The notes: generated by a model from the sequence alone, not told the origin. A DNA stretch of 64,000 nt from Candidatus Nomurabacteria bacterium (GCA_023898605.1 CP060230.1:67944-131943); one strand, 5' to 3'; counted from the first letter of the stretch, positions 1 through 8,900 are shown. Made by a program: numbers and translations.

Positions 1-1
1 A

Positions 2-508
2 AGAGATAGTCTAGATAATTCTCTAGGAACTCTTCTCAAGAAACTAGATACTCCTTCTGAAAAAAAACCTGATTTCAAAAAATCCAAAAAACCTTCTTTT
101 GTTTTAAAGAGCGATATTCAGAAAGGGCTGGACGAAAAGATAATTATAGAAAAAAAAGAAGAGAAACATATGAGTCTCGGTTCTCTAAAACAAAGACCTC
201 CAGAAGTAAAGTCTCCGAGTATAAAGTTTGATCCAAGCAAAGACGCTTCAGACGAGAAAAGAAATGCTCTCAAAGAAGCTCTTTCCAAGGTTTCTATAAC
301 TTCCAAGGTTTTTGTAGATAAAAAAGAGGAGAAGAAAGAAGAAATCCCAGAAGCAAAGAAAAAGACTATAGAGGATTTCAACAAAAGTATAAGTAGTATC
401 AAAGAAGACGAGCCTACTAGAGTCATAGAAAAACCAAAAGAAACAAAGAAAGAACCAGAAAAAAACAAAATTTCACCTGAAGAATTATTAAAAATTTTTG
501 ATGAATAA
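2..508 (+). CDS. hypothetical Lys/Glu/Ser-rich protein, 5' end outside window
   Basis: The frame of ORF 170..508 stays open back to nt 2. The translation is low-complexity and KE-rich, with no recognisable domain. Confidence 0.4.
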   Translation, partial: RDSLDNSLGTLLKKLDTPSEKKPDFKKSKKPSFVLKSDIQKGLDEKIIIEKKEEKHMSLGSLKQRPPEVKSPSIKFDPSKDASDEKRNALKEALSKVSITSKVFVDKKEEKKEEIPEAKKKTIEDFNKSISSIKEDEPTRVIEKPKETKKEPEKNKISPEELLKIFDE

Positions 509-1970
509 AGTAGGCAAGATCACAATATTTGTTTTTATATTTTTGTTTTTTACACAAAGGGCGAGTGCGCTCGTTATAAACGAGGTCATGTATGATCTAG
601 ATGGAACTGACACAGATAGAGAGTGGATAGAGATTTACAATGACGGAGGTTCTAGCTTGGACATAGAGGGATACAAGTTTTTTGAAGCAAACAGTAATCA
701 TACTCTTACAATATATTCTGGTAGTTATGTTTTGCCAGCAGGGTCTTATGCTGTGATTTGTCAAAAACCAGAAACTTTTCTTTCTGATTGGCCGGGTTTT
801 ACTGGTACTCTTATAGATTCTAGTTTCTCTCTTTCCAACGAGTCTGGAGAGTATCTAGAGATAAGAGATTCCAACCTCGCTACGGTTGCAACTCTTTCTT
901 ATGATCCAAGTATTGGTGCCGCTGGTGATGGTAATTCGCTTAACCGCAATGGTTCGTCTTGGATAGCGGCTTCTCCGTCTCCTGGGTCTAGCAACAATAC
1001 TTCTTCTAATTCTAGTAACGACAATACTGACAACACAACTACTACCACAACTACAACAGCTTCTTCTAGCTCCGGATCACCGACTTCTTCTGGAGAAACT
1101 GTACAGAAGCAATCTTCTTGGTCTATCACTTTTTCTATGCCGAGTTCCGGATATGTGGGTGACGAAATAGAGATAGAAGGGATTGTAAAAAATCTTTTTC
1201 TAGAAAGAATACGGTCAGGGTTTTTTTTCTGGAATATGGGAGATGGATCTGTGTATGAAGGAGAAAAACTTTCTGAGATAACACACACTTATAAATATCC
1301 AGGAGATTATATAATCGTTTTGGAGTATTGGAGAAATGGATCTTTTGAACCAGAAGTTATTGCTAGAAAAAATATAACTATAGAAAATAGTAGTATCAAG
1401 ATTTCTCCAATTTCTTCACCAAACGGAACAAGTATCAAGATAGAAAACTCTGGCAAGGGCGAGATAGATCTTGGTGGTTGGGAAGTTATGCTTGTCGGAA
1501 GTTCGTATATCTTGCCTAAGAATACTATAATCTTGCCATCAAAAACTATAACTCTTATGCCAGAGCAGACAGGATTTACCTTTGTCGGAAACTCTCTTTC
1601 TCTCATGGCGCCTGACCATACACTAGCTTCAACTTACAGTACTCAGCCCGTTACGAGTTATGCTTATAGTTCCGGGGGTGGGTCTACTGGGATTTCTAGA
1701 GCAGTTTCTTATGGTGGTGATAGTGATGTCGATGTGCTTCCTAGGGCATCATTTACCGATGAAGAATCTAGTAATCTTTCTGCAAACGTTATAGATTCTG
1801 GCATTTCTAAAAATACTTCCGTGTATGCGTTTTTTGTAATATTTCTTTTCTTGGTTTCTCTAGGATATTTGTATATAAGAAGAACGAGCTTTGCCAAAGC
1901 CGGAGAAGATATAGAAGACACGGCTCCAGAAGAAGAGGAAGACGGCTATGATTTCAAACTTCTAGAGTAA
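498..1970 (+). CDS. secreted/membrane-anchored protein with two lamin-tail-domain (LTD)-like modules and a PKD-like module
   Basis: There is an N-terminal hydrophobic signal-like segment. LTD-like strings are LVINEVMYDLDGTDTDREWIEIYN and IKIENSGKGEIDLGGWEV; a PKD-like string is GDGSVYEG..HTYKYPGDYII. It also has a poly-Thr/Ser/Asn linker and a C-terminal TM helix. Confidence 0.7.
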   Translation: MMNKVGKITIFVFIFLFFTQRASALVINEVMYDLDGTDTDREWIEIYNDGGSSLDIEGYKFFEANSNHTLTIYSGSYVLPAGSYAVICQKPETFLSDWPGFTGTLIDSSFSLSNESGEYLEIRDSNLATVATLSYDPSIGAAGDGNSLNRNGSSWIAASPSPGSSNNTSSNSSNDNTDNTTTTTTTTASSSSGSPTSSGETVQKQSSWSITFSMPSSGYVGDEIEIEGIVKNLFLERIRSGFFFWNMGDGSVYEGEKLSEITHTYKYPGDYIIVLEYWRNGSFEPEVIARKNITIENSSIKISPISSPNGTSIKIENSGKGEIDLGGWEVMLVGSSYILPKNTIILPSKTITLMPEQTGFTFVGNSLSLMAPDHTLASTYSTQPVTSYAYSSGGGSTGISRAVSYGGDSDVDVLPRASFTDEESSNLSANVIDSGISKNTSVYAFFVIFLFLVSLGYLYIRRTSFAKAGEDIEDTAPEEEEDGYDFKLLE

Positions 1971-1972
1971 AT

Positions 1973-2542
1973 CTAATTAGAAATTTTCTTCAATATAAGC
2001 GGTACTTTTTTGAAATCATTTATTAGAGTTTCTCTCATTCCTCCGTTATATAGTGCGGCTGCGGGGTGGTAAAGTGGCAAGAAATATTCTGTTTGTATAT
2101 TTTTGAATTTTTTGTGTATTAGTTTACCGTGAGCTTCCGATATTTTTAGTTCAGGAAAAAAGTCATTCATAGAGTGCCTCCCGAGAAAAATTATAAGTTT
2201 TGGTTTTATAAAGTTTAGCTCTCCCAGAAGCCACTCTCTGCACGCATCTTTTTCTTCTGGTAGAGGGTCGCGGTTATCTGGTGGGCGATACTTTACTATG
2301 TTTGTTATGTAGATATCTTCTCTTTTTAGTTTTGTCGTTTCTAGCATTTCTGACAAGAATTTGCCGGCAGCTCCTATAAAAGGCCTACCTTCCTGGTCTT
2401 CTTTTTTGCCAGGTGCTTCACCAATAAATACTATATCGGATTTCGGGTTTCCGTCTCCAAACACGGGCCTAGTTGCTGACTTTTTCAATTCACATTTTGA
2501 AGATTCGTGCCATTTTTGTTGGAGTTCTGATAGATTCGCCAT
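1973..2542 (-). CDS. uracil-DNA glycosylase, family 4
   Basis: Shows the motifs GEAPGKKEDQEGRPFIGAAGKFL and HPAAAL, which are typical of family-4 UDG. Confidence 0.8.
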   Translation of the reverse strand: MANLSELQQKWHESSKCELKKSATRPVFGDGNPKSDIVFIGEAPGKKEDQEGRPFIGAAGKFLSEMLETTKLKREDIYITNIVKYRPPDNRDPLPEEKDACREWLLGELNFIKPKLIIFLGRHSMNDFFPELKISEAHGKLIHKKFKNIQTEYFLPLYHPAAALYNGGMRETLINDFKKVPLILKKISN

Positions 2543-2583
2543 GCTTTTATTATACTTGTTTTTCTGATATAGTGCAGAGTGCT

Positions 2584-2883
2584 ATGTCAATCAAGAAATT
2601 TATAATGAAAAACGCCCTTAGGGCAAAAGGTGTTTCAAAAGAAGATGCTGAGAATTTTGCAAGCAAGATAGAGGGTAACCCAGAACTGATCGCCTCTATG
2701 AAAAAACTAGAAGAAAACAAAGAAGTAAAAGCACTTTTTGAGAAAATACAAAAAGAAATAGAAGAAAAGAAAAAAACCATGCCCGAGATGTATGCAACTG
2801 TTCAGGTTATGGGTAAATACAAACAAGAAGTCATGAAGCACAGAGATGAGCTCATGCCACTTTTTGAAATGATGAACAAGTAA
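2584..2883 (+). CDS. hypothetical small helical protein
   Basis: I place the start at the internal ATG at 2584, which avoids overlap with the UDG gene. The charged KE-rich sequence has no recognisable domain. Confidence 0.4.
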   Translation: MSIKKFIMKNALRAKGVSKEDAENFASKIEGNPELIASMKKLEENKEVKALFEKIQKEIEEKKKTMPEMYATVQVMGKYKQEVMKHRDELMPLFEMMNK

Positions 2884-2900
2884 AAAAGTCAAAAATCATA

Positions 2901-3272
2901 ATGCAAAACTCAAAAGTTAAATTCAAAACAGACTTAATTGAAAGAGCGTATGATTTTGGTTTAAAAGTTATATTTCTTTGTGACAAGTTACCGCAAAAAA
3001 GAAGTTCTTGGGTTATATCAGATCAAATAATAAGATCTGGCACATCTATCGGAGCAAACCTTGTTGAAGCAAAGTCCTCAAGTTCTAGATTGGAATTTAA
3101 AAGGTTTTACGAAATAGCCTTGAAAAGTGGGAACGAGTCTGTTTATTGGCTTAGACTTTTATTTGATGCAAGTTTAATAAACAAAAAAGATTTTGATTCA
3201 TTAAAAGAAGAGTTAGATGAAATAAATAAAATGGTCGCTAAAAGTGTTATTAGTTTGAAGAAAAAGTTATAA
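2901..3272 (+). CDS. four-helix-bundle protein (23S rRNA intervening-sequence protein family)
   Basis: The string SIGANLVEAKSSSSRLEFKRFYEIALKSGNESVYWLRLL matches the family signature (IGANI.EA....S..DF...L.IA.GS..E..YWL). Confidence 0.75.
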   Translation: MQNSKVKFKTDLIERAYDFGLKVIFLCDKLPQKRSSWVISDQIIRSGTSIGANLVEAKSSSSRLEFKRFYEIALKSGNESVYWLRLLFDASLINKKDFDSLKEELDEINKMVAKSVISLKKKL

Positions 3273-3321
3273 GTCATATTTGTACTTTTGACTTTTAAAT
3301 TTTAATTTTTAAATTATTATT

Positions 3322-4449
3322 ATGCTCAAGATAGGAATTGTTGGACTTCCCAATGTAGGTAAATCAACGCTTTTCAATGCGCTTACAAAAAAGTGTGTTC
3401 CGGCTGAGAATTATCCGTTTTGTACTATAGACCCATCTGTGGGTATTGTTCCTGTGCCAGATGAAAGAGTAGAACTACTTTCAAAGTTTTCTAATTCCGA
3501 GAAGTCTATACCGGCAGCGATAGAGTTTGTCGATATAGCAGGACTCGTAGAAGGTGCAAGCAAGGGAGAGGGCTTGGGAAATAAATTCCTGTCTCATATA
3601 AGAGAAGTAGATGCGATACTAGAAATGGTTAGACTTTTTCCCGCCTCCGCCAAGGCTACAGGCGGGCAAGCCCCTTCTGGCGATATTGTTCATGTCTATG
3701 GGAATATAGACCCACTCAGAGATATCAAGGTTATAAATCTAGAACTTATACTTGCTGATCTAGAAGTTGCAGAAAAAAGAATCGGAACTCTAGCAAGAGA
3801 TGTGAGAAGTGGCAACAAGGAAGCGATACTAGAAGAATCTATTTTGAAAAAAATAATCCCCGCTCTAGAATCAGAAAAGATGATAAACGAAATCGAGTTT
3901 GATGAGAAAGAGGCTGCAAAACTAAAAAGCATGAACTTTCTAACTTCCAAAAAGATAATTTATGGCCTCAACAAGAAAGCCGGTGCCAAAAACTTTGATG
4001 AGTCTGATCCAGAAAAGTTCAAAGAGTTTTGTGATTATATCGAGTCTTCAGGTGCTGGTTGGGTTCTACTCGATGCCAAGATAGAAGATGAACTCAAGGA
4101 TTTCGAGGGTTCAGAAAAAAACGAGATGAGAGAAGCTATGGGCGGAGATGATGATGGTGTGGACCATCTCATAAAAAGGTCTTATGAAATTCTAGGATTA
4201 GAAACATATCTAACAACTGGTCCAGATGAAACTCGTGCGTGGACTATCAAGAAGGGTAGTACTGCACCAGTTGCTGGTATGGCTATACATACAGATTTCA
4301 AAGACAAATTTATCCGTGCAGAAGTTGTCTTCTGGAAAGATCTACTTGATGCAGGTTCTTATGCTGAAGCTAGAGCAAAGGGAAAAGTTAGGACGGAAGG
4401 GAAAGACTATATCGTAAAAGACGGAGATGTGATTGAATTTAAAATATAA
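3322..4449 (+). CDS. ychF: ribosome-binding ATPase YchF
   Basis: Has the P-loop GLPNVGKST, then FCTIDP, DIAGLVEGAS, and the C-terminal TGS-like string TRAWTI..GSTAP.AG.IHTDF..FIRAEV. Confidence 0.95.
   Translation: MLKIGIVGLPNVGKSTLFNALTKKCVPAENYPFCTIDPSVGIVPVPDERVELLSKFSNSEKSIPAAIEFVDIAGLVEGASKGEGLGNKFLSHIREVDAILEMVRLFPASAKATGGQAPSGDIVHVYGNIDPLRDIKVINLELILADLEVAEKRIGTLARDVRSGNKEAILEESILKKIIPALESEKMINEIEFDEKEAAKLKSMNFLTSKKIIYGLNKKAGAKNFDESDPEKFKEFCDYIESSGAGWVLLDAKIEDELKDFEGSEKNEMREAMGGDDDGVDHLIKRSYEILGLETYLTTGPDETRAWTIKKGSTAPVAGMAIHTDFKDKFIRAEVVFWKDLLDAGSYAEARAKGKVRTEGKDYIVKDGDVIEFKI
3640..3678 (+). repeat. in-frame 39-nt GC-rich hairpin module inside ychF (encodes PASAKATGGQAPS)
   Basis: Stem cccgcct (3640-3646) pairs with aggcggg (3660-3666). 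It interrupts the conserved YchF string F..D.IVHV. A related core (caaggctac.ggcggg) recurs upstream of leuS. Confidence 0.6.
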
Positions 4450-4468
4450 AAATATTTTAAATTCAATC
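4431..4468. repeat. perfect 17-bp-stem palindrome spanning the ychF stop codon
   Basis: The sequence is gattgaatttaaaatat-aaaa-atattttaaattcaatc. Confidence 0.8.
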
Positions 4469-4488
4469 ATCCTGAGCTTGTCGAATGG

Positions 4489-4509
4489 GTAATAGAATTC
4501 AAAATATAA
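4489..4509 (+). repeat. second copy of the ychF 3' end (reads VIEFKI-stop)
   Basis: gtaatagaattcaaaatataa compares with gtgattgaatttaaaatataa at the true ychF terminus. It shares the 19-bp atagaattcaaaatataat with 4818-4836. Confidence 0.7.
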
Positions 4510-4514
4510 TTAAT

Positions 4515-4543
4515 TTGACATTAATACAATATTGTGTTAGTAT
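4515..4543 (+). promoter_or_regulatory. sigma70-like promoter TTGACA-17-TAGTAT
   Basis: TTGACA lies at 4515-4520, followed by a 17-nt spacer and TAGTAT at 4538-4543. Confidence 0.55.
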
Positions 4544-4603
4544 GTAGAGAAACTAGGATTTTATTCTAACGCTGTCTAGTACAATCAAAAAAAAGGAGGC
4601 AAT

Positions 4604-4741
4604 ATGTTTTGGCATACTATTGGTCAATACCAGTACGAACATGATGCAAATGGGTACACGGGATGGTACCGTTGCGTCGGAGGTAAAATGGCCAACGGCC
4701 ACTGGCCCGAGTGGAATAACAGAACTGGAGCCACGCGGTAA
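4604..4741 (+). CDS. small ORF, 45 aa (MFWHTIGQYQYEHDANGYTGWYRCVGGKMANGHWPEWNNRTGATR)
   Basis: A strong SD (AAGGAGG) precedes the ATG. The ORF has its own promoter and terminator and is locally GC-enriched. It falls below the ORF-track size cutoff. Confidence 0.4.
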   Translation: MFWHTIGQYQYEHDANGYTGWYRCVGGKMANGHWPEWNNRTGATR

Positions 4742-4759
4742 AATCGCAAAAAATCAACA

Positions 4760-4794
4760 CCCCATCTAGTAGCGAAAGCGAACGATGGGGTTTT
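4760..4794 (+). terminator. intrinsic terminator after the 45-aa ORF
   Basis: Stem ccccatc pairs with gatgggg and is followed by tttt. Confidence 0.6.
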
Positions 4795-4814
4795 GAACTT
4801 ATTAAGGTGGCAAG

Positions 4815-4835
4815 GTCATAGAATTCAAAATATAA
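4815..4835 (+). repeat. third copy of the ychF 3' end (reads VIEFKI-stop)
   Basis: The sequence is gtcatagaattcaaaatataa. It is followed directly by a terminator. Confidence 0.7.
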
Positions 4836-4840
4836 TAAAA

Positions 4841-4862
4841 CCCCGTTTTCACGGGGCTTTTT
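4841..4862 (+). terminator. intrinsic terminator (probably the ancestral ychF terminator)
   Basis: Stem ccccgt pairs with acgggg and is followed by a T-run. Confidence 0.6.
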
Positions 4863-4899
4863 CTGTATTTGTTTTGTTTTTTTGATATAATGGAAATAC

Positions 4900-5202
4900 A
4901 TGCAAAAGTACGTAAAATATTCTCTTAAATTAGCATATAGTTTTGTTTTGTCAGTCGTATTTTCTTTTTGTTTATCTGCAAGTATACCTATGATCTTTGG
5001 TGACAATTTAAGAGATTTTTTTGATTTTCAGGATAAACCATATGGATATGTAGGATTGTTTCTGCTTACTATATCTAGTATTTTATTTTTTGTGTTATAC
5101 GAAAAAAATAATAGTATCTTTAGGTCATTTGAAAGAATAACAATACTTCTTATTTATTTTGTCATTTTATCCTCATTTTTTACAGCGAGTGTGCAATATT
5201 AA
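4900..5202 (+). CDS. hypothetical polytopic membrane protein
   Basis: Contains several hydrophobic helices. No family was recognised. Confidence 0.4.
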   Translation: MQKYVKYSLKLAYSFVLSVVFSFCLSASIPMIFGDNLRDFFDFQDKPYGYVGLFLLTISSILFFVLYEKNNSIFRSFERITILLIYFVILSSFFTASVQY

Positions 5203-5206
5203 ATAT

Positions 5207-5488
5207 ATGAAAACTATAGAAAAGATATACAAATTTATATACTCAGTCTTTCTTTCTCTACCAATTATTTTACTTATAAATGTAACTTTTATTCTTTTTT
5301 TTAAGAGAGCCTCTTTTTTTCATAGTTTTGCCACTATTGGCATAGCTATAGTTCTCTCTATACCTTTTACATTTTTGATATTCAGATCAGTTTTAAGAGA
5401 GCGAAGATTTATTTTGGTTGTAGAAAGGTCTATTATAGTTTTAGTATTCTTTTTTATTGCATTTATTTTTTCAAGATTAATTTTCTAG
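5207..5488 (+). CDS. hypothetical membrane protein
   Basis: I place the start at the internal ATG at 5207, just after the upstream stop. The protein has hydrophobic helices. Confidence 0.4.
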   Translation: MKTIEKIYKFIYSVFLSLPIILLINVTFILFFKRASFFHSFATIGIAIVLSIPFTFLIFRSVLRERRFILVVERSIIVLVFFFIAFIFSRLIF

Positions 5489-5527
5489 ACAAAAATTAAT
5501 CTTTGTTTTATATAAATCAGTATCTCT

Positions 5528-5725
5528 TTACTCTTCAAAAATTCGGGGGATTTTTACTACAATTGATAGACATGGATCATCGAAATTATGGATAAGAAAT
5601 GGCGGAGACGCTCTCCCTTCACTTCTTTTGACAACGATACTCATATCATCATTTTTTTCAGGGATGAAAATCGTTGCCCCAGTCGGACAGGTATAGCATT
5701 TCTGCTTTTTGTTTTTTTCTGACAT
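5528..5725 (-). CDS. hypothetical protein, 65 aa
   Basis: Supported only by the ORF itself. No motif was recognised. Confidence 0.25.
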   Translation of the reverse strand: MSEKNKKQKCYTCPTGATIFIPEKNDDMSIVVKRSEGRASPPFLIHNFDDPCLSIVVKIPRIFEE

Positions 5726-5831
5726 AAGAAAGATCCAATTTAGTTATCACCATATTACATCATATAAACTATAGTGTCAAGTTGTAATATTTATCGAAAA
5801 ATATACGTTTTTTTGCTATAATCGAGGGACA

Positions 5832-5870
5832 ATGGAGGGGAAATATGACCATAAAAACATAGAAAAAAAT
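5832..5870 (+). pseudogene. relic of the leuS 5' end (MEGKYDHKNIEKN..)
   Basis: YDHKNIEK parallels the real LeuRS N-terminus NYDHKGIERKW. The relic runs straight into a GC-rich insert. Confidence 0.5.
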
Positions 5871-5932
5871 GGCCCTCCTTCGCTTCTTCTTCGCCAAGTC
5901 TACGAAGAACAAGGCAAGGCTACGGCGGGCGC
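5871..5932 (+). repeat. GC-rich structured insert between the leuS 5' relic and the functional leuS start
   Basis: Contains the hairpin ttcttcg..cgaagaa and the core caaggctacggcgggc, which is also seen inside ychF. Confidence 0.5.
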
Positions 5933-5970
5933 ACAGATATATGCACTAAGGTGAAATATTTAATTTAAGT

Positions 5971-8900
5971 ATGAATAACTATGATCACAAAGGAATAGAA
6001 CGTAAGTGGCAAGAGAGGTGGGAGAAAGACGGTATTTATACTGTTTCGGACAAGGAAGAAAACAAAGATAATTTCTATACTCTAGTAGAATTTACATATC
6101 CATCTGGAGATTTGCATGTTGGCCACTGGTACGCGTTTGCAGTGCCAGATATTTTCGCACGATATAAAAGGATGCAAGGATACAACTCACTTTATCCTAT
6201 GGGATTTGATGCGTTTGGACTACCAGCAGAAAATGCAGCGATAAAACTAGGCGCAGATCCAAAGGTTTGGACATATGAGCAGATGGACAAGATGCGTGGG
6301 CAATTCAAAACAATGGGAGCAAGTTTCGACTGGGATAGAGAGGTAGTTTCTTGCGACCCGAATTATTACAAATGGACACAGTGGATGTTCAACCAATTTC
6401 TAAAAAATGATTTGGTTTATCGCGATACTACCAAGGTAAACTGGTGTCCCAAAGACAAGACAGTTCTTGCCAATGAACAAGTTGTAGACGGCAAATGCGA
6501 GCGATGTGGAAGTGAAGTAGAGCAGAAGAACCAGGATCAGTGGATGATTCGTATTACAAAATATGCCGATAGATTGATAGACGATCTGGATATTCTAGAT
6601 TGGCCAGATGCGATAAAAGATGCACAAAAAGCATGGATAGGAAGAAGCGAAGGAAGTGAGATAAGTTTTTCTCTAAATTATGAAAAAGAAAAAGTAAAAA
6701 ATGAATATTTCAAGTTTAGACCAGAACTTGTTGAATTAATTGAAAAAGGTTTGAAGACAGCAACCTTTAGAATGGAAGCTAAAAATGTTTCTGTTGGCGA
6801 TATTGTTAGTTTGATTAATTGGTCAGATGGCAAAGAAAGTAATCAAAAAGAGTTTGATAAAGCTAAAATAATAAAAGTCTCGGAACATAAATTAGGAGAT
6901 TTGCCACTTGATTATCCTGGTCACGAAAAAGATTCTTCAGTAGAAAAAAGACTTGCAAGGTATCAAGAATACTATGGCGACCACATAACAAACGATTCAA
7001 CTGTTTATATATATGAATTTCTTCCTCTTTCAATTCGTGTTTTCACCACTCGCGCAGACACACTATTTGGCGTGACATATGTTGTACTTGCTCCAGAACA
7101 CCCACTAGTAAATAAACTTCTTGATCAAGTAGAGAACAAAGAAGAAGTAGAAAAGTATATAGAAGAAACAAAGAAAAAGTCAGAACTAGAAAGACAAATT
7201 GGTTCAAAAGATCCTTCGACTGGCTCAGGACTAGGAAAAACTGGCGTAGAATTAAAAGGTATAACTGCAATAAACCCAGCAAATGGTGAAGAAGTGCCAG
7301 TTTGGATTGCAGACTATGTGCTTGCTGGGTATGGTACAGGTGCTGTTATGGCGGTACCTGCTCACGATGAGCGAGATTTTGAATTTGCAAAGAAATATGG
7401 ATTAGATTCTAAAATAGTTATTGTGAATTCGACCGGAGAGTGTACAGACGATGCTATTTCAAGAAATGTTGTTAAATCTTTTATAGAAAAGGACGGAAAT
7501 GTATATTTAGTAAGAGATATAGGTCCAAGCGGAAAGTCTTACTGGTCACTTCCTGGTGGTGGATATGAAGATGCAGAAGACGATATCTCTGCACTTACAA
7601 GAGAAATCATGGAAGAAACTCCATTTCGAAATATAAAAATTGGACAATTCATAGGGGCATCAAGACATTGCTATGATTTCAAAGCTATAAAAAATTCACG
7701 TTTAACAAAAATATTTTACGCAAGTTATGATATTGAGAATAAAAATTCAAACCCTCAAGTTCCTGGAAACTGGTTTCCAAAAGATGAGGCAATAAGGATG
7801 CTTTTGGAAGATGGAATAATAATAGAAGGAAACATACTAAGTAACTACTTTGAAGGAAAAATTAATACAGATAATGGAATTTTGATAAATTCTGGAAATT
7901 TTAATGAAATAACTTCAGAAGAAGCTAAGAAAAAAATCACAGAATTTGTTGGAGGAAAAATGGTAAAGACTTACAGACTTCGTGACTGGGGAATAAGCCG
8001 CCAGAGATATTGGGGTTGTCCTATACCTATAGTTTACGATCCGGAAGGAAAAGCTCACGCGATCCCAGACGAACATTTGCCATGGATATTGCCGACAGAT
8101 GTAGATCATACTCCAGACGGAACACCACCTCTTGCAAGAAGCAAAGAGCTTTTTGAACGAACAGAAAAAATATTTGGCGAAGGTTGGAAGCCAGAAGTAG
8201 AAACAATGGATACATTTGTAGATTCTTCTTGGTATTTCTATAGATACTTAGATAACAAAAACGAAAAAGAATTTGCATCGATAGATAGTATGGATGCATG
8301 GATGCCGATAGATATGTACATGGGAGGAGCAGAGCATACAACTATGCACTTACTATATTCACGATTCTGGACAAAAGCTCTTTATGATCTCGGACTAGTA
8401 AAAGATAACGAGGCATATAAGATGAGACGAAACAGAGGGCTTATACTTGGTCCAGATGGAAACAAGATGAGTAAATCAAAAGGAAACGTCATAAATCCAG
8501 ACGAAGTTGTAGATAGGCTTGGTGCAGATACGGTGCGATTGTACCTTTGTTTTATGGGGCCATACGGAGTGACTGTAAACTATCCGTGGGATCCAAACGG
8601 GGTTGTAGGTGTGAGAAGATTTCTAGAAAGAGTTTGGAAATTGAAAGAAAAAATAGATCCAGAGAAAAAAGTTTGTCGTACAGACCCACTTGTACACAAA
8701 ACAATCAAAGGCGTCACGAGTGACATGGAAGAGTTCAAGTTTAACACTGCTATATCCAAGATGATGATACTATCCAACGCTTTGGAAGGAGAGGATAAGA
8801 TAGTAGAAGCTTCTTATAAAGCCCTGCTTCGTCTTCTTTCACCATTTGCACCACACATAACAGAAGAGTTATGGCAATCTTTTGGACATTCTTCGTCAGG

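Noticed and set aside
118-1921. The minus-strand ORFs 118..468, 899..1288, 1307..1606 and 1709..1921
   Set aside because: They lie antisense to better-supported plus-strand genes. Their low-complexity translations mirror the sense-strand composition.
4617-5006. The minus-strand 129-aa ORF over the ychF-downstream cassette
   Set aside because: It crosses two terminator hairpins and the plus-strand small ORF, and it has no RBS or promoter. It is probably spurious.
6676-7872. The LeuRS insertions as inteins
   Set aside because: There are no Cys/Ser/Thr splice-junction residues, no HN-C/S/T C-terminal junction and no intein blocks. The sequences instead show ASCH-like and Nudix-box features.
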